Part shown: positions 1 through 11,600 of the stretch, one piece after another | How positions within the stretch are numbered: position 1 is the first letter of the stretch | Layout: every line of letters starts with the position of its first letter | Translations under genes and position numbers: made by a program | Notes under the pieces: model-generated | Told to the model about the DNA's origin: nothing | Seen by the model: only the letters and a program-made list of their open reading frames with translations | The model's database searches: none | Source: Orbicella franksi | Lineage: Eukaryota | Direction of reading: 5' to 3' | Length of the DNA: 64,000 bases | Assembly (NCBI GenBank): GCA_964199315.1 | Contig: OZ116704.1 | Coordinates: forward strand, 29,078,001-29,142,000

Positions 1-1019
1 TTCCATGAAGCAACATGTGTTGTGGTTTTGCCATAAGCTTGTCACATTGGGCAGGGCTGTGCTCCAGAAGTGCCCTGGTGCCACAAGCACGTAACTTTCA
101 CCTTTGGGCAACTGAAAAAACTTACTCTTTTTATATCAGCTTAAGTGCTGGGCACCCAGGATTTCATGGTTAGGAACCTTTGGGCTCCTTGTAATTTTTC
201 TCAGAACACTGTCTTCCATGGGGCAGTGCAATAAAAACTTTAATTTTTTTTTTTTTTAAGTATCCATACCCCTTGCACAAAGGTATTCTGGTTTAAACCT
301 CTCCATGCTTCATAAAAATTCTAGCTAAGCTTCATGTTTTCCTCTAAAACAATGACTTGGCATTTGAAACCCCCTCCCCCTTGAAAGTTTTAACAACATT
401 CCTTGGATGAATATGGATATGTCCTGCCACTGTACAGTACATTGTATGCCCACATATCATAGCACAATTGCATGTATCCTTTACGTCTGTCTTAGCAGAA
501 GCTCTACAAGGAGCTATTAATATAATAGTTACTAAATAAATGCAATTAAAGAGACCAATAAAGTAGCCTGAACCGACTCAAAACTGTGAGCAGTAAAGAT
601 TTTTGTAAAAGAATTTTAGTTTCTATTTTCAGGGGTAGCCATGTGACAAAACAGTCACAACCACAATTCAAAACAATATTTGTGACATTATCCAACATTT
701 TATCCACTTTTCTTAGAAGCAGCCAGCAACTGTGAGCGATGTCTGAAGATTTCTTTCAGCCCCCCCCCCCCTCATTTTTAAACAGCAGAATATTTGCCAG
801 CCCAGTAAAATTGTAACTGCATCAGTTTCTGCAGGAGCCCATACTTTTGTTAGACAAAACATAGGGAACAAAATAGTAGACAGGATGTACTTTGTTTGCA
901 ACTGAGACATTTTACTAGCGTACATTTTATTCTTGATAAGGGGGATGAGGTAATTGTGGGACGTGAGGGTAATTTCCAGGGGGAGGAGGGGGAATTTTAA
1001 CATCTGAAAATTACGCACA

Positions 1020-1210
1020 TACAGTGGAACCCCACGTTATGGCCACCCTATTAACGCAGGCACCTCATTATTTTGGCCACTTTATTCTGGCCCGAACAAA
1101 AGCTCAGTTGGTCAATTTCTTTTTAAAGAACCCCTTTAATATGGCCACCCCGTTAACGCAGCCCAATTTTTGTAAGCCATTGGTGACCAGATTAACAGGG
1201 TTCTGTTGTA
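1020..1210. mobile_element. Degenerate Tc1/mariner-like MITE
   Basis: Starts TACAGTGGAACCCC and ends GGGTTCTGTTGTA (imperfect inverted termini), with an internal duplicated TATGGCCACCC.TTAACGCAG. No coding capacity. Confidence 0.45.
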
Positions 1211-2792
1211 CATTGATATGGGAGATTATAATTATAACATTGCAATTTTTTCTCATCAAAGAATGGGGGTTGCTAGCTTTTTAGGATGAAGGACATGGCA
1301 CGGAATATGGTCTCAAAAAGGGGGGCAGGATAAAAAGTTATCATGATAGTTTGCAATTAGCAGGGGGGAGCACTCAAAGAACTGCGATAGGCATTAGCTT
1401 GCCTATGACACAATATATATTATAATGTAAACATTCTGGCAGAGGGCGATAATTAACATTTCTGAGGCTCTGAAAATTCCAATTTTTCTGCAGGGGTATA
1501 CTCCCCTGATCCAATTCTAATAAGTGTATTTTGCACCCAGTAAGATCATCTCTCAACAGACTGGTAGATCAGTAGCAAAATTTGCAAACTTTTATCATCT
1601 CTCTGCAGTTTACACACTCTATTTAAAATAAATCCACAGAGTATAGAGATTTGACACTGAGGCAAGCAAACTGGAATCATCAAGTGCATTGTGTTTTATC
1701 ACATAGAAACAGTGGAATTTAGACCTCAAACAACGACTTTATTGCTACTGTGTAGCAATATTTAAGTAGAAGGAAAGCTCATAAAAACGAACAAAAGAAA
1801 TTTAATTATTATTTACAGACATTGGATATTCTGCATTTTCCTTATCCAAGCACATTATGTCACAATAGTATATTATTATATTCAAAGCCTCCATAAGCCT
1901 GAACCATCAGAAAGCAGAAAAAGCTTCCCTAACTTGAGGTGGCTGCTTAAGGGAATAAGCATCATAAGCACTAGCAGCATTAAAAATGGGTGGCCACTCA
2001 CAGGAGCTTGCACTGCCCACATTTAACAATGTTCATGCAGAAAAAAAGCACACTAACCGCTGTGTTAAATTATGGTTTGTTTTTGTGACAGTGAATATAC
2101 AAGTATACATGTAGAGCTGTATACTAACAAGCGTGTTGACAGAGTTTTGACTGTATATTAAAAGTCCATGCTAATAGAGTATATTGATAGTTCTACACAA
2201 ACCTTTTAAAAAGCTGTATATGGGGAGCATGGCAATTACATTATCATGAAATATTAAAAGGGGATTGAAATCTCTCATACAAAATGATCACTTGCTTGTT
2301 ACTCTATTCCATGGCAATAGATGACCCTTTGCATTTTCAACTGCAAATTAATGTGTAGTAACCAACTGCACATAACTGCACATTTAGGCATAATTTTAAA
2401 AGGTGTCAACCATTTTACAGTGACAACAGCAAGAATAAACACAACAAATCCATGTGTCCAATTGTAATTTTTTTTTCCCTTCACAAAAATCATAGCATTT
2501 CCCCAAAACAATTTGCAACCAGGTCTTTTTGGCTTATGAATTTTTGGGCTTTAAAACTGAGACCTGGCAAGTCTTGTATAAAATAATTGTGCTGACTGAG
2601 GGAAGGAAAACTGACAAGAAGTTTAAGCCGCCTGCTTTCATGCATATTTCATGTACTGTGTGGGTCACTTGTACATGACCTGCAGGAATTGAGCAATGAA
2701 ATAATTACATGAATGTATACTCAATGAAGCAGTTGGAGACCTTGTTATGAACAAATTATTTGCATATGTGACAACTTATATGAATAACTCAC

Positions 2793-3865
2793 TTGCAAGA
2801 ATGACAGAAGAGACTTGTCGAGATCCTTATGTTCTGTTTAGCATAAACTAATATTAAGTTATAGGTTGACAAAGAGGAAATAACCTTGCCGATATTCAAA
2901 TCAGTTTTCAAGACATCTACAGAGCATTTGGTCTTGAAATTTCACCCATATTGTTATACACAATAAAATGGCTAGCCAAAACCACTATTAAATCCACATT
3001 AAAATAGACACCTACCTGAATTATTTACAACTGTACAAATTTTTCATTCACAAAGGTTAGTGAGAGGTTTTGTACATGCCGTTATTTTAAGAAACAACAT
3101 TGACGGAAAGAAGTTTCTCTGCAATGCTCAAAATAAATGATATTGTATCTGTTGCATTATAGTCACAAAGCGATTTTACATAAGCTTATTAGCATTTACA
3201 AGCTTTGATACTGAACTCTTAAATAAAGATTCCAAGAAGATCTCGTTACGAGTATATGAATAAACAAGTGAAGGTACTTGTCAAAATATATTTTCAAGTA
3301 CAATCGAGAATGTCAACGCTAATAAAATTCCAATCAATCTCTCTAAGAGGACATACTTGCAAGAGAAAATGTGTCTCGCCTTTAATCGAGTTTTAAGCAG
3401 CATAAAATGCAAAAATATTGGCTTGTTTGTCGTTGAAGTCTTGTTACCCTGGGAGAAAAAATCACTTTCTCGACTATGAACCACTTAATTAAGAGATCTT
3501 TACGCCGAACGTGTGAAAATTACTCGGCATAAGATAGATACTGTATTGGCTTAATAACCTCCTACAACATGCTCCAATGCGTGTTTATCCACCGTAAAAA
3601 CACAAAACACGACGGGGATCTGTCTGCAACGTCGTTTACGCACAGAAAATGAATTACGAGTATAAACTTATCGAAGAATTTACTTTGTTATTACCTCTCG
3701 CTTGCCTCCTTCTTCCACATTTCGCTTGAGTGTTTCTCTTGTCAACGGGGAAGACGACCAGCTTTCCACATAGTAACCGCTTTCTTTCTTAAATTTGCTT
3801 CGTGCAGTGGTAGGCGAAGGAACAGGAATATTTGGCCTGCTAGAGTCGTTCGGGAAATTGTACAT
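2793..3865 (-). CDS. Candidate 5' exons of an unidentified gene, probably continuing toward the window start
   Basis: Possible first exon 3865-3695 (MYNFPND...EEGGKRE, donor GAG|gtaata). A small exon at 2833-2793 has a clean acceptor and donor (HKDLDKSLLSFLQ|gtgagt). I could not join them into a phase-consistent model or recognise a family. Confidence 0.3.
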
Positions 3866-4782
3866 GTCGCCGTTATTTCTTTCCACATACTACTCTTCTG
3901 ATCTGACATTCCATTTATTCACGCTCGAGAGTTTCTTCTTCGCTTCTTGTCCGGCAGGAAGCCATTACTGTAATACCGATGGATAATTTATTCAGTCGAT
4001 AACCGATCGGTGCGAATTCGACCGGAAGTTGCTGTAATCGGATCGGAGCAAAACCATAAAATAAAGAAGATATACCTACAAAAACAACTTGCTAGTGTCA
4101 ACATGCAAAGTTCCACAAACACATTAGCAGGTCGGAAGAATGTCAAAACAGAAGATTCTCGACAGACTGTTTGTGCATTAATTCATTCCGTGATGATTTT
4201 GATGTGTTGTCACCTAAGAGATTCTTCAAATTGCGCGTCAAAGGCCACTTCAAAGAATGATTTATGATAGGCTCGAAATAGATCGGTATTTTGTTTTCTC
4301 TCGCGCCTAAACGCCGAAAAGCAGAGAAAGTGTACACGCGATCTTTGCAGATGAAAGCGGGTTTGGAACGTGTTGAACAAGGGATTCAAAATATCCTTCG
4401 TTCGAATACATCCCATCAAAGACCCTGGACAAAAAAAAAATACCTTCCAGTAATGAAAGTGCTGAAACAGCCTACAAAGAAATGAAAAAGGAAGGAGTGG
4501 AAAGGGCTTCGAACAGTCTAGGCTCTAAATATTTTGATTGGAGTCTTCAAGTGGTAATTTGGCTGATCGAGTGAACCTTTTTTCGCGCCAGCGGAGGGCC
4601 ATGGGCAAGAATTTTTGGTTTAATAAACGATCAAGCCGAGAACCTTTCGTTCTGACGTCACTTTACAGGCGAGTGAGCGGTCGGCCATCCGTCCGTACAG
4701 TCTCTGGAGGAGGGGGAGGGGGAGGGGAGGGGAGTCTCAAGGTAACCCGAACGTCGTCTTTTCTTTCTTAATGGAAAATCGC

Positions 4783-4941
4783 NNNNNNNNNNNNNNNNNN
4801 NNNNNNNNNNNNNNNNNNNNNNNNNNNNNNNNNNNNNNNNNNNNNNNNNNNNNNNNNNNNNNNNNNNNNNNNNNNNNNNNNNNNNNNNNNNNNNNNNNNN
4901 NNNNNNNNNNNNNNNNNNNNNNNNNNNNNNNNNNNNNNNNN
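4783..4941. other. Assembly gap (159 N)
   Basis: Run of N. ORFs crossing it are not meaningful. Confidence 0.99.
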
Positions 4942-6065
4942 GAGCGGGGTCCCGTAGCATAAAAAGACTAGGAGTATTTCTTCTAACTCCTAGACAAGCA
5001 TTAACATCTCCGCTCAAGTGTCATTATTCACTTGGATCAGTGGAGAATTCAACAAGTGTCTTGCTCGTGAATTCGAAGGACAAAATACAAATTATTGATC
5101 CCCGCCAGGACCCGTCGATCTAGATTACACTTGCTTCTCCCATGGATACAATTGAGGGAAGCAAGATAACGTAATACACCAAAGTCCCATCAATGATAAT
5201 AATAACATCTAAACGGCAAAGGGAAACTATCCAATGAGAAACGGATGATGGCAAGATTTGCTTTACGATTTTTACTTTATTTTCTTTTAATTTCAGTCAC
5301 AACGTTATTTCACTCTCTGTAAAGTTAGCTAAACTTAACTTGCTATATGTTTTCATTTGCCAAAATTCTGCAAACGTTAACTAGCCTTTAAAAAGCAACA
5401 AAACCTACAAGTGTAAAGAACAAGGTGCCTGATGCTGTGAAAGATATTATGACCCGTGAAAATGTAAGTGTCTGTGTAATAATGTTCCTCCATTTCTTCG
5501 AACTCGTTCCCAGGGCTTTTTGCTTAAATATTGGTTGTTATTTGTACGGTAGTTTTATTATTGTCAGCCGAACGAAAATACTGAGCTACCCTCAAATACA
5601 ACACTTTTCTGACACAAGGCGCCATATTTTATTCCTTACATTGTGTTTTCGGAATACTAAACAAACAAACAAACAAAACAAGGCTGTTGGCGAGCGGTGT
5701 TATAGGTTCTTTCTAGCTACAATGGCTCTTGTCATGGAAGTTACTAAATTTCTTATCTTGAGGAAATTCTAATTGCATATTGCTGGTCAAGAAAGGCCTT
5801 CCTTCGAGCCCACGGAAATAATCTATTCTTAAAGTGTCTTTATGAGGCGAAATGAAAGCAACTAATTGCGATATGTTCGTATTTGATGATTGCTTGATTC
5901 TCATCACTCGCCCACTTGATGATAAACTAAAATATGGAGAAAGTAACAGTTGATCACTGTTACAAATAAAACAAACAAGAATATCAATACGCTCATAGAA
6001 AAATAAATAAGTTCATTGATTATTAGACCGCAGGTCCACATGTTCTTTACGAAGCTTAGTTGTGT

Positions 6066-8552
6066 TTACCAAACTTCGCATTTCTTCTTTGGGTTCATGT
6101 ATGATCCTTCTTTGCATTTGAACACATCGGAAAACTCTTGAAAGTTTGACAAGGTGCCTATCACCCTGCAAAATAGAGTGAAACAGTATTTCATCAGAGA
6201 AGTTATCAAGAATGGAGGAAAATACTTCACATCGCAAATTTTGCCTTTCTTACGCTCGTACGCTGCCTACCATAGACGAACTAACAGCACTTTAACTTCC
6301 TTTTGTATGGAAAACCGGTTGTCCCAGTGGGAAATCAAATAGAACGTACCATTTCACTAGAAAATTTGGGAAAACTGAAACAGAAATACGTTCCAAGCTG
6401 TTCCTCTTTTTACAGGAATGATCGGAAAATCCCTGAGTACCATTTGGTTTTTCACACTATTCCCAATTTCCCTGATGAAATACTCAGTCGTTCCGGTGGT
6501 AAATAAAATGGAACAGTCCTTTTCGTTGGAAGGTTTACAAATGCAGTATTTAATGGAACAGATGAAGTTGAAAAAGTTTGTTGAAAAAGTTGTATTGCTC
6601 CATTTGGTGGAAAATTCTCCCAGGTTTTTTGACGCAAATGAAAAGCTCTCAAAGTTTCAAGTCTGCTGGACAAGGTATGTAACCAACACACCAGCAACAA
6701 TTGTTCGACGTAAGGGGTTTATTTATGGACGAGTTAAAAACTTAACTTCATATCATTGCCGGTGATTTCTAAAATAGAATGTCCAAACATGTTATATTAA
6801 GAGCTGTAACATTGGAAATACGAGACAAACGATGGAAGGCGACATTTCCCGGACGATCTAGAGATACGGCGATGAACAGAGTGCACGAACGTAACTGTAA
6901 CGTTGCTTATTAAAAGTGAACGAACCTGCTACATTTACATAACCCGAATCGTGGTGGACTGGGAAATAGGAAGAATTGTTTTCCACATACAGGGTAGATA
7001 TAGGGGTGGGGGGAGAGTTTTGTACAACTCACCTGTACTTGGTAAGGGCGTGGACATCCTCTGTGACTGACAAGAATTCGGCAGCAGGGGTGGTCCGCGT
7101 ACATTCTTTCTACAAGTGAAACGTTTCAAACAATCACATATGAAAAAGATGATGGCGAGAGGCAGCAATTGTTATTAGCACTAGCTGGTGGTTTGGTTAA
7201 ATTTTCAAGGTCAGGAACCTCTTGTAAAGGCTTGTAGAAAGCTATAGACCAGTTCGCAGTTTAGGCTTTCGCCATTTTGAAAAGTGTTCACTAAATAAGC
7301 GCGAAATAGAAACCGCAATAACCGAATTATAACAAGGAACAAACAAACAATGCATAGTGCTCTGCTTTGGCTATCAAGTGAAACACAGTGAAGGATCGAT
7401 AAGATTTTTGTGTTGTTTACCTGAGCGTATCCGATAAAGAACAGCTCTTTGCTCGTCATGTTGAGCTCTGGTAAGACTTGCTCGGGACCATTCTTCTCAA
7501 TAAACGCGTTATAGGCCTGGGAGGAATAAAACATCGAATTAAACGCTTCAAACGACATATAGAACATTGATAAAATAGAAACACGTCTGCATTTGGTTCT
7601 TTTATAACTTAACGTCTGCTTTTACAAGTTAACTTAACCAAACGCTTGCTGCAAATTGCTCGGGACTAAGCGGTTTCAATACAAGTTTGTTAGTGCTACG
7701 CGGGAGTACGTAGACAGCTGATTGTGATTTACACGCAGAAACTGCTTTATTAGTGAGTAATTTAGAAAAGCGAGCTTCTATTAAATCTCATGTGTACTCG
7801 CTTGACGAGTGAACGGGATGGAGGCGTGTGAAGCAGAAAATCGTTTAGAAACCTTGTAGAATTTAAAGGAACAACCGCTGGTAAGCGCTGACGAGCTCTG
7901 GCTAGTTCCCAGTTTCAAGATGGCGGAATGACCGCGAAGGCCTCGGGACTGAACACGTGGATTTATAAGGTGTGGGACGAAATAAGGAATGGTTCTTACG
8001 TGGTAAGCCAGATTGACTCCTCCTAAGTCAGCAATGTTCTCCCCAAGGGTTTTCTCACCACTTATCTGTTCATTTAATAAGAGGAGCAGTATAAACTAGG
8101 ACAGTTTATCACGTGATCTATCTTACATGATATGCTAGACTCAGGCCGCCTCCGTCTGCCACGTTTTCTTCCAGAGTTTGGAGGCCGTTGATCTAATTTG
8201 ATTGTCAAAAGTGTGCCGGTAATTAAAAAGAATATAACGAGGTACCAACGGAATAAACTTCTAACAGTTTTAAGGCACGTTGTACAACGATTAAGATGTT
8301 AATGGAATTAACACCATTATAACTACGTGAAAATTATGTTTCCATTGTCGTGCACTATAAAGTGTTTTACTAAGAAACCTGACTTATTCGAACGGCTGCC
8401 AGGTCACGTGAGAATTAGATACTGCTTCTCATAGGCTATAAAAAACGTAATTGTCTGAGTATGCACATAGCCCTGATAATTGTAACTCTTTTTAGATGTC
8501 CCCAATTAGCAGCAATGCTAAATCTCATTGACACATAAATAAAGTCATTAAA

Positions 8553-8613
<61 letters not shown>

Positions 8614-11600
8614 TCATTTCTTAGAACGCACAGAAAGAACAACGGTGCTGTTTCATACTCACGTGAAATTTATTGAGGACTTTATATTTTGAAAATTGCT
8701 CCACCAAACATTTTGCTTTCTCTTGAAACATCTTGATGGCAGGCTCGCTCCAGCGAGTTCGTTTCTCAATCAGCTCACCGTTCTTATCAAATTTTCTCCC
8801 TGACAGCGATAAAAAAGAATGTGTTCTTTATGATGTCCAAATTCAATGGCAAAGCAGATGGATACTGAGCGAGGAACATTTTACGAACTACTGATGAGGC
8901 ACACTCTTATCACGTGAACATTCTCACCTGTCGTATCAAAGCCATGCGTAAGCTCGTGACCGAGCACGTGACCAATGGCGCCATAACTCAAAGACCTAAA
9001 ATGAAAGAACACATGATTCCTAAACATTCCAGGAATGCAGCGTGTCCTCGAGGTAGAGGCCTGGAACTAGTTGAATCAAAGGATGGATGACTGGATAAAT
9101 CACCATCCAGTGGATCAGAGCACAACAGAAACGGAACCGAACCGTATTTTTTTTCGAGGAGTGGTCGAGCAATTACCGAAAAACATTCCTGCACAGCAAA
9201 AACTGCTTTAAAAAAATGGGCAAAGGGAACCATGGGAAAACAATCGTGCAAGAGCTGTCTGCTGTCCAGGTCCTGCATTTTTTATGTTAAGAAACATTCT
9301 TACACAAGCTGTTGCCCACCCAAACAAATCATGCACAACCTAAAGGTGAGAAAAAATTTTGTGCCCCAGAAAATTGCTCACCCCATCCCCCTCAAAAAAA
9401 TAATGGTCCATCCCCTTACTCTGGTGGACAAAGTGGAGCTAGTTTTGTTATTTCTTATCCGATGAACAGCTCCACCCACTCTTTGAGCAACCGATGTCCA
9501 AATTATGGCTCATAATTTCGGTAATATCTGTTACCTTGGTATGTCGTTGGCATAAAAGAATGGTGGCTGCAGAATACCAGCTGGAACCACTGTAGAGATA
9601 AACAAGAGACACATCAAAATATGTTATACTATGCAATCGTTTTTTTTTTTTCAATACGATTAATTGCGTATGCACTCACCTTCATGATAAACATAAACGT
9701 CCCTTACTATTTACTGACAAAATAGATATTACATTTAAGTAATGAGCCTTTATTTTGAAGTCGTTATGAAACATTCATGCACTGGTTTATGTGGCCCGGG
9801 AGGGGGACCCCATATAAGAAAGATGGGGGTGTCTGTCGAACATTTTAGGGGTTAAATACGCGGTTTTAGCACTTCTTGGGGTGTTCAGCCTGAAAAGTCC
9901 ACAGCGAGAGCTTTTGCGGTACCTTAACTAAACCTGACAAAGGATCTGGTGTTGTTGTTATGGACAAGGACGAATACTTGCGCTTACTAGCTGAAGCTTC
10001 CATAAACGATCTCACCAAATTTAGATCGGTCGACCCGATGAGACCAAAAAGCAGAGGAAGACCACCCAAGCACTATCACCCTCTCCTACAAAAGGCGAAG
10101 GACTTAGATTCACTTGTTCGTCGAATTCTCCCTACTGAGATTGCAGACTCTGTCCGTCCGTCTGGCTCAAGGTTAGTTCACCTTTACGGTTTACCCAAAA
10201 CACACAAGGAAAAGCTAGCTATGCGAGCCATCTTGTCAGCTACACAGACTTACAATTATGCGCTGGCGAAATGGTTAGATGACAAGCTTAAACCGCTTGC
10301 TATTAATCATTACACGATAACCGACACCTTCGAATTTGTGAACGAAGTCCATTCATTGACACTCAAAGACGGTGACGTCTTGGTCTCCTATGATGTTTCC
10401 TCATTGTTCACCAATGTACCCCTTGAAGAAACAATACACATCCTTGCTGACAAAGCATTTGCTAATGACTGCTTTAATCAAACGCACCACCTTAATCTCA
10501 GCAAACAGGACCTAATCCATCTCCTAGAAGGGGCAACAAAAGATCAACTTTTCCTGTTTAACGGTCAACTTTATGAACAGACCGACGGTGTCGCCATGGG
10601 CTCCCCGCTTGGACCCCTGCTCGCCAAAGTCTTTATGTGTAGCATTGAGGAAACCCTGGATCGTGAAGGAAAGATGCCCAGCTACTACAGAAGGCATGTC
10701 GACGACACACTGACCATCATGCCTAACCAAGCATCAGCCAACAACTTTCTGGAGACTCTGAACGATTGCCACTCCTCTATTAAGTTCACAACGGAGATAG
10801 AAAATGACCGCATGCTTCCTTTCCTTGGAACGCAATTGCTCAACAAATCCAACCACGTTGAGACAAAGGTTTATGTGAAGCCCACAAACTCTGGTCTCTT
10901 GTTACACTACAAGAGTCATGTTGACGATCGTTATAAACGCGGCCTACTAAAAACTATGCTGGATCGTGCGTTTCGACTTTCTTCTAACTGGACCTACTTC
11001 TCCGAAGAATGCGATCGTCTCAAGTTGTTGTTCTCCCGTCTTGAATACCCAGATGACTTAATTAATTCAACCATAACACGCTTTATTGCCATCAAAGTTT
11101 CTGAGCAACCTGTTCCTTCACCGACTGACAACAACAGTCCAGAGCCCGTTCGGATTGTCCTACCATTCAAAGACCAAGCTTCAGCTGATTTTCTTCGCAC
11201 GCAACTGAAAGATCTTAGCACGAAAACAAACACCACCATCCAACCTGTTTTCATCAGCCACAAGATTGAGCGAGACCTGAAATCACGTGAAGTCAAACCG
11301 CCAGTCGTTAACCAACAGTCCCTTGTGTACCATTTTAAATGTGACCTGTGCGATGCAGGTTATGTTGGTTTTACGCGTCGGCACTTGCACCAACGCGTCG
11401 ATGAGCACAAAAACCCATCGTCATCAATTGGAAAACATTTTCGCGAGGAACATTCTTTGGCCCCTAAAGATCTTACTAATATCTTTTCGATTTTAAAGAA
11501 ATGTACAACCAAGTTTGACTGTCTTATTTTCGAAATGTTTTTTATTCACGAACTGAGACCAAGTCCCAATGTACAATCTGACTCTATTCGTGCGAAAGTT

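Noticed and set aside
4538-5017. ORFs spanning the N-run
   Set aside because: Artefacts of translating through an assembly gap and a G-rich repeat.
8436-8642. Poly-Thr/Asn ORF, and the similar poly-Asn ORF at 51391-51630
   Set aside because: These are translations of microsatellites or LINE tails.
10524-11496. Short ORFs overlapping the Penelope ORF, and similar shadow ORFs over B4GALNT-like, STELLO-like, DRAM-like and NIT2 exons
   Set aside because: Antisense or alternative-frame shadows of real coding sequence, with no independent motifs.
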